A stretch of DNA of 64,000 nt from Octopus vulgaris. Taxonomy: Eukaryota. A program made the translations under genes and the position numbers. The notes below the pieces were generated by a model that saw only the letters and a list, made by a program, of their open reading frames with translations, searched no databases and had not been told where the DNA came from. This document shows positions 36,775-51,151 of the stretch, piece after piece (the first letter of the stretch is position 1; each line of letters begins with the position of its first letter). The stretch lies in NCBI GenBank assembly GCA_951406725.2, contig OX597819.1:91140001-91204000 (forward strand). Reading direction: 5' to 3'.

Positions 36775-39700
36775 ATTAATATTATAAAAATATTGAAATA
36801 TATTTCATAAAATGAGACCTGAAACTGTTGTTATTGCTATTAATATTGTTGATATTAGCAACTGGATACTTTGAGAAGTGTGTGATATTTATACCATTTC
36901 ATATCACCCTACCATACAAGTTTAACTTTGATAACAAACAAGCAGGCTTGAATGCAGGTAGTGGTGCCTTTGAAGGATTGATAGCAGAGAGTGGAGGGTT
37001 GTTACCAAAATTCATATTGCAAGGCTATTTGGGTTAGTTGCTTTATTTATAGTCAGATCCACTCTTACCCAAAGATACACTGATTCACAATAATACTTTT
37101 CCTACCAACCTTTTTCTTTTTTTTTAATCAAATAATTGACAAATTTCCCTTGGATATGATCTTATTTTGTAGCAGGGTGAGCTGGTAGAAACGTTAGCAC
37201 ACCAGGCAAAATGCTTAGCAGTATTTCATCTGCCACTACATTCTGAGTTCGAATTCCGCCGAGGTTGACTTTGCCTTTCATCATTTTGGGGTCGATTAAA
37301 TAAGTACCAGTTACACACTGGGGTCAATATAATCGACTTAATCCATTTGTCTGTCTTTGTTTGTCCCCTTGTGGGTAGTAAAGAAATAGGTTAACTTTCC
37401 TAGACATCATAGCACCTATTCCTTTTCTAAATAAGTATAAATTGTGATAAGTATGTGTCTTTCTGAAGAAAAATATACAAAAATCTACACATGCACCCAA
37501 ATCATATTCTTTTATGCTTTAGTATCCATTGTTCAAAATCACATGCCATTCAGTTAGTCTGTTTGGTGAGTGCATCTAGTTTATTTTGAGTATTTTGAAT
37601 AATTGAAAGCCCTTTCATTTAGGAAAATATAACCTCTACTTTGTTCTCACTTTAGAAAATTAAATAATAGCACTTATAAATATATATTAAGTAACAGCAG
37701 CAAAAGTATTGTTTATGAAAACTCCACACTAAATCCTGCACATTCATACTTAATTGATGCAGTATTTAGCAACATTGACAATACAAGCAATAACAATTTG
37801 TTTTTTTCAAAGAAACTAATTACTGCATATGCTTGAATCTAACTTAACATTAAATATAAAGTGACCTTTTTTTTTTTACTGGCTAAAATTCTTTCCCTTA
37901 TTCCCCCTCCCCCCACTAGTAAGAAAAAAATTGTAAAAGAATTATATTCAAATATAAGGACATATATATGAAGCACAAATTTTTAGGAAAAAAAATATGA
38001 CCTTATATTTCATTATATAAAGAAAATGATATAAAATCATATTAAATCATACAAATATATAGACCTCATCAACTTCCTCTTACCTGCATATCATAAAGAA
38101 TCTGATTAAATATGGCTGTGTAAATTTCTTTCCACCTACACATGAGGGAAATTTTAATAATAGAAGAGCATAGTTGATTGAAAGAACCCATCTGTTTTTG
38201 TGATATTCTAGTAATCTTGGGGTGATGGAAGACAGTGATGGAAACCAATTTTCAGTAGAACTAGAATTCATCAGACAGTAGCACTCAAAGGATGTAATCT
38301 AAAGATTTATTTCCTTAGCTAATCTTTCAGTAATCCTTATCTTAGTCAAAAGCTATTACAATTATCACCTTGTCTAAGGTCAATACAGTTAGGCTGTTGC
38401 TGATTCCAATTGACTTGATTTTCATTGGGTAACATCAAATTATGCAGCTTAATGTTATAAGCAAAGGGAACATTGTAAAACTGAAGAACATTTCATTAGC
38501 TTTCCATGGTGGGTTCAAGCCCTCTTATAGGCTAGGAGTCGGAATCTTAAACCACTCCAGTATATTTTCTTCAAAAGGTTTATAAATTAAGAAAATCACA
38601 AACGGTTTAAACAACTGACAACACATTCAATAGTATGGAAGTGGTACGGGGAAAAAAGCAAACAAAACAAGCAACAAAAATCTAGAAGGTTTTTTTTTTT
38701 GTATAGTTATTTAGTGAAACTGGATTTCTTGGTTGACTGCAATCAGATGAGTGTATTTTTCAACAAAATAATTTCCTTTGCCTTTTTCTTTGTAGAAATC
38801 AGACATATCCACTCAAAAATTCCATTACCCTTAACCACAGAAAGCAGTTTTTATACCAATCCATCTTTTGTTTGGGGAATGTCATGTTTGTTTAAAACTA
38901 TTTTCTGTTGAGACACATCAAGTTTATTGAGGTAATGTGACTTGCAGAAAATATCCATTATATTTTTTGGTAGATATTCAACATCATTACAGGAATAACT
39001 ATAAAATTTCATTTCACAGTTGAAGGGTTAAAAGAAAAAGAAATAATAATCAAAAACTGCCTCGTCTCCAAAGAGATACAAGTGAATTCACTATATTCAG
39101 TATGTACTTAATTCTAATAGAAAAAAAAGATAATTGGTTAAGCTGAAAATAAAATTATATGACTACACATCTCTGTAATTCAAATTCAGTGTTAAAAATT
39201 TATCCTTAAAGATAAGAATTATGTTCAGTAATTTGTGTAGATTCTTGTGCAACATCTGAGTAAAATCGAATTTGGGCAATGATAATAAGCACAGATTTGA
39301 CCTATGACAAAACAAGTCTTGCATTAGTAATATCAGAATCTAAAAAAATTCCACTTATTTAAATGCCTGGTGTTGAATTTCGGCATTCAATCAGTGATTT
39401 AAGCAATGAGTATCATATCATTACACTGGACCATGTCCTGAAGAGCTTAAAATATATTAACATCTTTTGTAAATAGCAGGAAGTTTGCTGAGGGAGAATT
39501 GGCAGAGATTACTCTTGTTTAGCCATGGGAACCCTGGTCAGGCAGACCTGTAAGCAAACACATTCCAACCTTGACTAGAAGTCTTTTCAAGCAATGTAAG
39601 GCTACATCCTCTACTGAGTCAGTTTAGCCTTTCAATCCCACTGCATAGCATCTTGGGCAAGTGCTTAGATGTAGAGACAGCTACGTAGTTAAGATGTCTG

Positions 39701-40043
39701 CTTCAGTCCCACTGAGCAACAACTCGACAATTGTACAATACTACAGACCCTGGCTGAGCAAAGTATTTATAGTTAATTTGGTAGGCAGAAACTGCACAAA
39801 ACCAGTTGTATGTGTGGTGGTGGTAGGAGATGGTATGTGCATGTGTGTATGTGTACATGCTACCCTGAGCCAAGCTAAAGACATTCTCCATTCAGCAAAT
39901 CCAGTAACTCTGCATTTTTGAAGACGAGCAAGTGAAAACTACCTTACTTAAAAAAAAAGATTTAGAGCAACAGGAAGGGTAGCTGGCTGTAAAACAATAC
40001 CACAGTAATATGTATTTGTCTAACCTATATTTTTTTTCTGCCT

Positions 40044-40441
40044 TTAACCCTCCAAAGCAGAGTGTAGGCCACTTATAATTGAATTCCATGTCGCATAATT
40101 TTTCGCCTCTGTACTTATACTCTGCCATGAATGTCCCCCTTTCTCTAGTTCCTTTTGTGTTAATCTACGCCACGAGTTCTTAGGCCTACCTTTCTTTCTA
40201 TATCCATCCGAATTCCACTGTAAAGCACTTTTCGCTACATTTGGTGTGTCTTTTCTAATTGTGCTACCAATCCACTTCCACATTTTCTTAAATATTTGCT
40301 CCCTAATCGAAACTTGATTTGTTCTTTGCCATAGGTTAGTTGCTCTTATTATAGATATATACTTGTCTGGTATGCCGTAGTGTTGCATAATTTTTCGTAA
40401 GCCTTCCCTATCTACACTATCAAATGCTTTTTCAAAATCTC
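40044..40441 (-). mobile_element. Internally deleted RTE LINE remnant
   Basis: DFEKAFDSVDRE...MQHYGIP fused to the C-terminal WKWIG...RKKGRPKNSWRR...SW motif. Confidence 0.8.
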
Positions 40442-41418
40442 TAACCTATACTAGTATGGAGAAAATAGATAAGAAATGAATTAATGAGAGCATGATTTGA
40501 TGGAGGTTTGGCAGCTATTTCTAGCAAGTAGTGAGATCCCATAGTGGATACCATGTTAACAGATATTGTGTTGGTTGACCAAAAACATGGAAACTGCGTC
40601 ATTTGCAATGTGTTGTCTGTTAATTTAAGTTGGTATTTCACAAGTTTTAGCTGCAAACATATATACTTGAGTTCTTGTTTCTTATTGCTTTCTCACTCAT
40701 AAACGTCAATTGTCCAAACCCTTTTATTTATTTCCTTACAATTTATTTTTAGAACTTATTTTCAAGTTGTTTGGGAAATAAACTGAATTCCAGGATGTAA
40801 AGGAGAAACTGATATCATACAGGATAAAGTGTTGGTGGGGCTCATCAACAATAGAGCTGATTGAATAAGAGAAATAACCATATTACTTCTCGTTTTATAT
40901 TTCCTCTGTGCAGTTGAACTACTGAGCAAAATCCCAGCGTTGTCAATAAACATTCTAGATTTCCATGACTTCCAGTAAACAACAAATTAAAATGTGCTTT
41001 GCAATATTAGTAAACAACACACTTCAAAGTCTAATCTTAGCAATATCAGAAAAACAACGTAACTACAGAATTTTGTCTTAGCAATTTCAGTAAACAAGAT
41101 AAACATACGACATGGATTTTCCAGAACCATTGATTCCAAAGCCTTTATGGTGGTCCCTTGGTCAACACACTCTAAATTAAAGAAATGCTGGTTTCAAATT
41201 TTGGCAGAAGGCCAGCAATTTCAGAGAAGGGGTTAAATCGATTAGGTCACCCCCAGTGCTCAGCTGATATTTATTTTATTGACCTTCAAAGGATGAAAAG
41301 CAAAGTCAACTCCAGTGGCATTTGAACTCAGAACATGAAGAGAGATGAAATGCTGCTTGACATTTGGTTTGGTCTGCTAAAGATTCTGCCAGTTCACTGC
41401 CTAAAATTAAAGAAATAT

Positions 41419-41951
41419 TAACCTTTTAGCATTTAGACTGGCCATATCTAGCCTCTCACACCTACCCTATACTGACATTCTAAAAATAAACAATCAGCTC
41501 ATTGAAATCTCAAAGCTATGAGATAATGCATTATTAATACAAAGGGTGAAAGATAAAAAAAGGGTAAGACTTCCTTCAGTCATGAATTACCATGGACTGC
41601 ACCTAGAAAGTTACCTTCCAAGGCACAAGTCCAGGCAAGGTTGTTTATGGAAGACAAGCAGTCGCCCATGTATACCAGCCTCCCCTCTCCACACCACCGA
41701 TGTTATCCAAGGGAAAGGTAAAGGCCAATACAGCTTGGTACCAATATCGCAACTCATTTCTACAGCTGACTGAACTGGAGCAATGTTAAAATAAAGTATC
41801 TTGCTCAAGAACACAGCACACAGCCCAGTCTGGGAATTGAACTCACTACCTCATGATTGTGAGCAAGATGCCATGTGCCTTCATTATAATACAAAACAAT
41901 TTAAATAAATAAGCATTATGTTTGACAGTAATCTGAATGTTAAAGAGTTAA
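41419..41951. mobile_element. piggyBac-type MITE with a nested retroposon (~41543-41881)
   Basis: TTAACC...GAGTTAA ends; the insert is flanked by an imperfect ~14-bp duplication cattattaatacaaa/cattataatacaaa. Confidence 0.65.
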
Positions 41952-44900
41952 ATTTACTTAAATAATTAAATGAAATATAAGTATCTGTACATTAGCATAA
42001 ATGATACAAATTTATTAATACTATACTGTGCATTGTATAAATGAAATAATCTAGCAGTTGCAGCAATTTGAAGTTTCTGCCCATAAATTAGTGTGGATTA
42101 TAAGAGGTTCCAAGCCATCAGTGTCTGGAAGGTTGGCATTGTAACTGTACGAAAAGTTTCGTCTTAGCAAAGTCACTAAGTACACTAAAAATTATTTCTT
42201 TCTTACTGTCTTTCATATGTTTAATTAGTTACTTAATAAGATGGAAGGGGATTTTCTTTGGCATTGAACAGCATGTTCTCAGACTTGCTATGAATCATCA
42301 TGATACAGGATTTTATTATACAAGAACATGTAAATTTTTTTCAGCCCCAAACAATGCTTTCTACTAAAGGCGCAAGGCCTGAAATTTTGGGGGAGGGAAC
42401 TAGTTGATTCCATCGACCCCAGTGTTTCACTGGTACTTAATTTATTGACTCAGAAAGGATGAAAGGTAAAGCTGACTTAGCTGGAATTTGAACTCAGAAT
42501 GCAAAAATAGATGAAATGCCACTAAGCATTTTGCCTGGAGTGCTAATGATTCTGTCTGTTCGCCACCTTAAATGATTAAATTTTAAATTTATAAACGAAA
42601 TGCAGAGTGTAAAGCAAATGCAAAGCTGCTTTCATAATTTTTCAGTGTTGTTCTTCTTTCTGGAAAGTTAATGTAGTTAAAAAAGAAGTTGATTGATTTT
42701 GGCAGATCTATGAAAATTACAGTGAGTTCTGACACTGACACAAGACTACAACTTTAGAGGTGGATATAGTCAATTATACTAATTTTTATCAACTGCAGAT
42801 AGATGTAAGGCAAGATGACTTTGCTGAGATATGAAATCAGAAGTTAAGCATGTGTAGTGCCATTTACTTTTAGTTAGGCTGTAATGTGCCTCAGTAGAAA
42901 CATTTACTGGTGCACAGTCTATCAACATAATGTCATTAAATAACACTGTAGCCATATCTTAGCAATGTCAGAAAAAACCATGTTACACCACCTTGTTTTA
43001 GCAATGTCAATAACCAACATTAGATTTTGTCCAATAATTTTACACATCATAATGAAAACTAGTTAATTGAAAATTTAATTATCTTCAGATTTTTACCTCA
43101 GTCTTTTCCTCTTTATTAATGACATTCTGAAAAATAATCTTTATTTTTTTATTACTCCAAAATAAGAAGCTGCTCAAATTAGAAATACAGCAATTAATAC
43201 TGTTCTTAAACTCTAGAGATAGTATTCACTAAATAATACCAACAGATTATAACAACTAGACTTTTATTTTAGGCTAGGAAGTATATAAATTAAATAACCA
43301 TGATAGATTCTCACCACAGAGTGATATATTTTCTGGCATACAAGCTGATGTAGTTTAAAGTGAAAACATGTGTAAACATTCGAACATTGTCACTATCGTT
43401 CCAAATCCTGCTGGAATTCACATGAAATTTTTGTTCCTCCAACGTTGTCTTTGCATGTAAGTCAACTTACCTTTCTTTGGCTGTAAATTTTGATCCAGAA
43501 AATTCAAGTTGCATGCCAGAGAATATGGTATGTCTTTCTAGTTTTAGAGTGGACAAAATCTTGCAAAATGTTAATCTCTAATTCATTACACACTTTCAAA
43601 AATAGCAGTATGTTCTTATAGTAAGAGCAAGAAGGATATGATTAAGATTTTGATTCAGATGTTTACATTCTAACACTGTTGTAAAATAGCTGTAGATTAA
43701 AAGAAATTTTTAAAAACATTATCCAAGCAAATATGTTAAAATAATTACTTCCTTATAAAGTCATGTTAGAAAATATATTGATGATTTCATGTAAGTTACA
43801 AATTAGAAAAGCAAAAGGCAATATAAAAGAAAATTAAACCTCAGGTTAATAAGACAAACCAAAAAAGCATTGCTTGATTTTGATCACACTATTTCTGTTC
43901 TTTCCCATAAAAAAAGTAATTGTGAGATGAGATGCTTTGTTAATAATAATGGCACCTACTAAATCCAGAATGAGTCAATTGGGCACATTTGTATTGATGC
44001 TGATGATTTGGCATGGCTGACTAGATTTTCAGCCTGTTTTGGCAACACAACATTTTGGCACTGAAGGCAAATACATGCATACATGCAGAAATATCCACAT
44101 ACAGATAAAAAAGAGAAATACATTACAATTTATTAATTGAGAATAATTGACATAAACACTTTCCTTCTCCTCATACACATAAAGAGAAATATGCTCACAC
44201 ACATAAACAGAGAGAGAAAGAAAGATGGGGAAGGAAGAGAGAAAATGAGAGAAACATTAAAAAATGGCTAATGTCAAATAAGTCAGCATCAAATCAGCAA
44301 CACTGAAATGGTTGTGCCAAAACATCTTATACCCACCTAAATCTGCTGAATAGTAAATGAAAGAGAAAGTAAAATCCTTTTTATCTGATTGTTACTAAAT
44401 GTAGTTAGGCATTAAAGACAGCAGATAAAAAGAAACAAACAAAAACAAATATGAAATATCTTAAAAGTAGTCAAAGAAATTAGTAGCACTGCAAACCATA
44501 TAAAATATAGAAATGGTTGGAGTAAGAGATAAATAAACAACAACAACAACAGTAAAAGATAAAACAAACACCAGTGATGCCATATAAAATATTCCAAAGT
44601 TTACATTCACAAATAATAACTACCAAGGAAGGGATTTAGATTTGCACATCTTCTCTTTGTATATCTGGAATTTAAAAGATTCATTCACAAACATCGATTA
44701 CATTGATCAACAATGACAAGGAAAAGAGTCAAGTCTGTCTTCAGCTATGAAATATTGTAAGGCTTTACAATCAAGGTAGGTAGGTAGGTAGAAACATCAT
44801 TGCAAATCTGAACGGGGGATCTGGAATGTGCAAGGAAATTGGCTCTTCATTTACCAGCTGTCTGAATATGAGACGTATCTGGTACATTTACAAAGATAAA

Positions 44901-44988
44901 GCCTGGAATCTTTTTTTTTTGTGGGGCAGGGGAGATGGGGTGGAAGCAAATATCATTGGCCTCTATATCACATCAAACACATCTATGA

Positions 44989-45028
<40 letters not shown>

Positions 45029-46326
45029 TATATATATACATACATATATAAATATATGAGACAAAATGGCACTTGTGTTATATGGTTTCAGCCTGAACTG
45101 AATGTTCGCTGTAATGTTGGAACCAAAGGAGCACAAAATGTTTTAATAGTTTTGGTGTCACCAAAATTCAGTGGTGAACGGAAATATTTAAAAGGGAATC
45201 TGACAAAGAAACAATCAAACAAACAAAAACAATAAGAACTTACCTGGAATGTATAAGAGTGTATATTGAGAGATGTTATACAGGTAAAAAATATGAGAGA
45301 AATCTATATCAAGACTGTTAAAATCACTAAGGCATTTTAATATGAAACCACAATGAGACTGAAATTCATTCTATTTTTTTTCTTCTTTTTTCTAAAATAC
45401 TTCATAGGAAACTAGGAAGGTGTCTCATCCTCAGGACTCTGTAATGAAGAGCCAAGTAATTACCAGTGATATAAAGTCTTCTTTTGCATTAGTTTCAGAT
45501 AGGGTTTCAATTAGTCTAAGTTTAAATGTGTATCACTACAGCTACAACAATAGTCACTGTGAAGAAATAAATTCTAAGAGTTCAAAGACAAAGTTATACA
45601 AACTTTGTAAGGCAATAACATGATAATGAACCAATCACTCTCTCCAATAATATTTATTTCCAATGCCACTGATTAGTATTAATTAATACAGGACATACTG
45701 TACATAGTCTATCATCAATCATGCCCTAAAGGCACTAATTGCAGCTACAATGAAAGGTATTTTGGATATCTGACACATGCAGCAGCTAAGTATATATGAT
45801 AGGTAGGTGTATGTTTGCGCACGTGTGAGTGTGTGTGTATAAGTGTGTTTATGTGTGCGTATGTTTCAGCACAAAATATTGTGCAAACAAGGAGAAAATA
45901 GAGGAGCCAATATGAAATGTATATATATATATATATATATACCCATCCATGTATGTACATAAAACAAAAATTCACATCTACATACATAAGTACATCTACA
46001 TATATACATGCTTATATATATGCATGGGTGCATAAATATATACCCGCACATGTGTATGTGTATATATTCATATAGTTAGGGTATTGCATTCATGATCACA
46101 AGATCATGGTTTTGATTCCAAGACTAGTCAGTGCATTGTGTTCTTGAGCGAAACACTTCATTTCATATTGCTCTGAGATCAGGGCAACATCTGACATGTA
46201 GCACATAGGGCACCTGTACAGGTAAAGTCAATTTGGTGGAAGGAGTGAGCATAAGTCAATTTGGTGGAAGGAGTAGAGCATAAACATTTGATCACTATAA
46301 GCAAATCATCTGTGCAGGTTGTTTAA

Positions 46327-47386
46327 CCCTTTCGTTACCAAACCGCCCGAAAAAAATTTTGGTTAATGTGACCAAACCGCCCGAATTTACCTATTCATAT
46401 TTAAATGAGAATATCAGAGCAAATCTCTTTAGTACATTCGTGAAAATACGTATTATACTTCGTAAAGAGTTCAACTACAGTTTTGTACAAAAATTGAAGT
46501 GTAATTTTAATTCCATGAATTTTGGGAGATTTTTTTCCGAAATTTCCTATTGTTTTCAAAATTTGTAATTCTGACAAAAAATGGATACGAATTTCATTAT
46601 ATCAAGCAGCAAATCAGAATTCGAAGGATTTTCTACTGAAGACCTTCATAAATCTAACTCTATGACTGAAAAAAAAAGCATGTGGTATTTGATAATGAAT
46701 CTGATGTTTCATTTTCCGAAAGTGAAAACAGTGAATCCGAGAGCTCCGACAGCGATAAAGAAAATGAATTGGCACCTGAATGGAGTGAAAATTTAAAAAC
46801 TGTTTCTTTCGGTGATTTTTCTGAAGAAACTGGACCAAGCCACAGACTTTCCCAGAAGAGTAAAGCCTTAGACTATTTCTTTTTACTTTTTCGAATGAGC
46901 CTATTTGAAATCATTACGGCAGAAACGAACCGTTACGCTAAACGTAAACAAAGCGAAAGAAAGGATAGTTAGTGTATTCCCACAACCTTAAATGAAATTA
47001 AGACAATTTTGCCATAAATATTATTATGGGTATCAGAAAGTTACCCAGAATAACAAATTCTATCGTAAAATTTTGTTGTATACCCAATTGAATATTAGCT
47101 AATAACCCATTTTCTATAGCGATGTTTGAATAAAATTTTAATAATTTTATATTTTGTTGAATTTACCTGTATCTACCTGCAATTAGAGTCACTTTGTGAC
47201 AAAAATTATAGTATAGAATTGGTTGAGAACATTACATTAAATTATCTTCCAAAATTCACATTAATATATTGATAGATAAAAAAGTTATAGTTGTTTAATG
47301 AAACCAGACTAAATTTATGATTATGTTAGAAATTAATTGAAACACATAAGGGGTGTATTTTGGTCAGAAATATAGTAACGAAAGGG
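46327..47386 (+). mobile_element. Internally deleted piggyBac transposon
   Basis: TTAA TSDs (46323-46326, 47387-47390); TIR CCCTTTCGTTAC; acidic N-terminus then ALDYFFLLF...IITAETNRYA...IIMGIRKLP transposase remnant. Confidence 0.92.
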
Positions 47387-48692
47387 TTAACAAGAAATTG
47401 TTTAATTGTAGAACCCTCATCTGTGTGTGTGCATATTTATACACACACACACACACGTGTATATAGACATGATCATCATTTGTAATGCTCATTTTCACAT
47501 GCTAGGATTAAACAAGTAAATTATTGCGGTATTGCTTTTTACAGCTGGATGCCCTTCCAGTTGCTAACTCGTGTTTTTCAAATAAGGGATCTGGTATAAA
47601 CATTATATATATATAGTAGTTGCTTTCTTGTAAACAAGCAAAGCCATTGCTAGAATCATTGATAATGCAATGTGGGGCCCTTATATGACTCTTGAGCCCT
47701 GCCAAAGATTTGCACATTTTATTACATAATGCACAGTTGTGTTGGCTGGTGGAAGGAACCGGTGCCATAGTATGAAGTCTTATGATATATATATACACAC
47801 ATACATATATGCATTATATATACATATAGGTGTGTTACATATATATATGGATGAGCCTCTAGTTGCTTGATCAACTAGATAACATCTGATTGAATTAGTG
47901 TGCTTTGTGCCTGAATATTGCATAGATATGCCTATTCTATGTATTCCAGAGTATGACAAGGCTGGACCCTTGAAGTGCAGATGTAGTGAAATATAGATAC
48001 ATCTACACAAATTCACTTACAAGATTGGGTCAAGGAGAAGTTATGGTAAACATTTTAACCACTTAGGTATACTTGCACCCACACACACACACACATTACA
48101 TATATATATAAGTCACAGGCATGGCTGTGTGGTGAAGAAGTTTGCTTCCCAAACACATGGCTTTTGGGTTCAGTCCCAATATGTGGCACCTTGGATAAGT
48201 GTCTTCTACAATAGTCCCAGACTGACTAAAGCTGTGTAAGTGGATGTAGTAGATGGAAACTGAAAGAAGCCTATTGTATATATATATTTGTGCGTATGTG
48301 CATGTGTGTGTGTATTTTTGCGTCAGCTTGTCTTGACTGCATAAATGAGTTCCACTGTCACAATATTCAGCGAAAGCCTGTATGGACCGTGGGTAAATAT
48401 TACCTTGCTTGGAAACAGGTGTAGGTTAGCAACAAATGGAGCATCTGGCCATAGAAAATCTGCTTTGATAAACACCATGCTCACATGGAAGAGTAGATGT
48501 TATGATGATGATGATGTGAGTATATGTGTGTGTGTACATATATGATACAAGAAATAGAAAGACCTTGTTACAGTATTATATATTTGAAAAGATGAATAGA
48601 AACGTCTTTTCAGATAACATTTCCATTTTAATAATTAGATGTTTATATATTATTGAAATGAAAATCAGAGAAGACATTTCTAGTCATTTTAT

Positions 48693-48732
<40 letters not shown>

Positions 48733-48734
48733 AA

Positions 48735-49140
48735 TTAAGAACTGAACACGAAAAGTGGACAGTCAACATGCTAGATATAGACGTCAAATCGCCATTCTCC
48801 ACAAAAGATTATGTTCTCAAATCAAACTCAGCACATCAGTTTCGGCTATTATTATCCGCAAGGATAACTGTAGCATTCATCAGCATGGCCTGTTATAAAT
48901 GCAATTTGCTGGACTAGATGCAAAAACGATACCGGAGTATCGCGTGCATTGAGTTCAACCTATTACATTCGAATATATCTTTCAAATGCCTTTACTTTGG
49001 CGCGTTGAGACCCGAAAAAACCAGCCTGCAGCTAATAATTAGCAGCAGTCAATTTATCGGTTAGAGAACATATTTATTTATATAAAATTAATTGGGTAGA
49101 AATTGATATTTATCAATTTCTACCCTTAATTAATTTTATA
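48735..49140 (-). repeat. CpG-rich ~400-bp element between (TA)n tracts, with a degenerate HHR-like core and a terminal hairpin
   Basis: Reverse complement CTGATGA-at-GCTA...TAGC-c-GAAAC at ~48839-48883; near-perfect palindrome at 49081-49140. Confidence 0.5.
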
Positions 49141-49359
49141 TATATACACACACACATACATATAATGTATATACATGGTAAATCCTTGTTCAGTCTGTCA
49201 TATCCCATCCATGTTAACAGAAAAAATGCGAGTGTGTTTTGTGTGTCTGTGTGCGCATGTGTGGACATAAAGAGTTATAGAATTACTTTTACAAAGAAAG
49301 GTACAATTGCAATTTAACAATTGGGATGCATATTTAAATAGACATATGGATTAGACCTA

Positions 49360-49704
49360 CCATATATACTCACCGATAGGTTGCACTTTTTTTTACCAAA
49401 AATTTCAATAAAAATCAAAGGTGCGACCTACCCATTTGACATTGCAGGGATTTTTCTGTCGAGTTGATTTATCAGTTAGACTACTTTCATAAAGTCACTT
49501 CTGCAAAAATATCTTAATATTTGTAAGCAAAGTTTTGATATAAATGTGAATATTTGATAATATTTAACAAATATTAGTTAGATTTATGTTAAAAAGGGCC
49601 ATGTAAATCCTCAGATTATAGTGTGACCTATCTGTGAGTCAACTGCAAATACCTGCTTTGACAACCCCAAACTAAGGGTGTGACCCATCAGTGAGTATAT
49701 ACAG
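49360..49704. mobile_element. pogo/Tc2-like MITE
   Basis: ~27-bp imperfect TIRs CC(A/G)TATATACTCAC flanked by TA. Confidence 0.65.
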
Positions 49705-50929
49705 TACCTCTTGTTTGAACCAGAGTTTTAGCAGAGTGCAAACCTGCCTCATGTACTATGTTACAAAGATATGTCCATTTACTGAAATGAGATATATTGG
49801 ACAGAATTTTGGTGTACCTTGTAGAGATATTTATTGAATTACATAAATTCTTTCTAAATTTGAAATTTTGTGATCACAATTTGATACTGAGCCCTTTTTT
49901 TGTGTGTGTGTACTAAAAGTGCATAGGAAGAAATAAAATAATTATAATAGTATCACATGTCACATGATACAAATGTAATCAAGAACATTGGCAACAATGT
50001 TTCCTTGTATAAGATGATTTTGAAAGTTTCTCCACATCATACAAATACAAAGGTAACAGATAACATTTTCAGAAATTGATGCCGCCCTGTGTCAAGAATT
50101 TCTTCCAATCATGATGTGGCATTTTTTTTATTTTCCAAATGACAGTCCAAATATTTACACACTAAATTTAATTCATTCTTTATGATTCTTCAGATTATGC
50201 AAGATGACTGTCAAATCATGGGGGCCCAAGTAAGAGGAATCAATTTTATATATTTATTTTAATATGTATCTTGTTTGATATTCATGGAAGTACCACTCTT
50301 TACATAATATATATATATACATACACACACTCATATACATATATACATACACACACACTCATACATATATGTATGTGCATACACTCATATATATGCATAT
50401 ACACACATACATACAGACACATACATGTTTGACTAAATAATAAAATGATTTCTCGGAAGACAAATTGTTCTTTCTTAGACTAATATTCCAAATATATCAT
50501 AAAATCATTCAATACAAAATATATATCCTTAAAGACAGAATATTCAAATTGCATAAAATGATTAAATTTAGAAAATCATTCCAAAGAATTGTCATTATAA
50601 CCATTCACTAAAAGCAAGAGTGGTTATCAGGCTAACAGAAACATGCAGAGCTGACTGTGCATATTGGATTGTGTAAATAGCTGGGCTAACATAACTATAA
50701 GGCTGATGACAATGTGAAATGACGAGAATTTTGTTTTGATCATCCATACATAAATTATATTTACAAATATTTCATATAAGTGTATGTGTGTGTATATATA
50801 TGTATGTATGTATGTATATATACATACACACACACATACATCATGTATGTATGTATTGTTTCAACTATAATTTGCCAGTTAAATCTAAATTTAAAATATA
50901 ATCACACACAAATTTTGCATGTAAGTGTA

Positions 50930-51151
50930 TGTGTGTACTGAAAAGTTTCTGACTTTAAGGGTATCGCAAATGTCCTGACTGGAGACCCAACCTTCTGAGT
51001 TCTTTTACAGGGCTTAGGAAAACTAAAGGACCTCTGCAATAAGTATGTGAAAATCGTAAGGGAATATGTTGAATAAAATCATAATCAACTGATCCACCAG
51101 GATTTTCTTTTATTCAAAGCCAAAGCCAGAAACTTTTCAGCATTCCCTCAT
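50930..51151. mobile_element. Mariner-type MITE remnant
   Basis: CTGAAAAGTTTCTGACTTT / AAAGCCAGAAACTTTTCAG inverted ends. Confidence 0.55.

Noticed and set aside
38080-38271. Minus-strand ORF ending at a CAG|GTAAG donor-like site (similar sites at ~43466 and ~45240)
   Set aside because: No recognisable homology or matching acceptor/frame; unsupported without transcript data.
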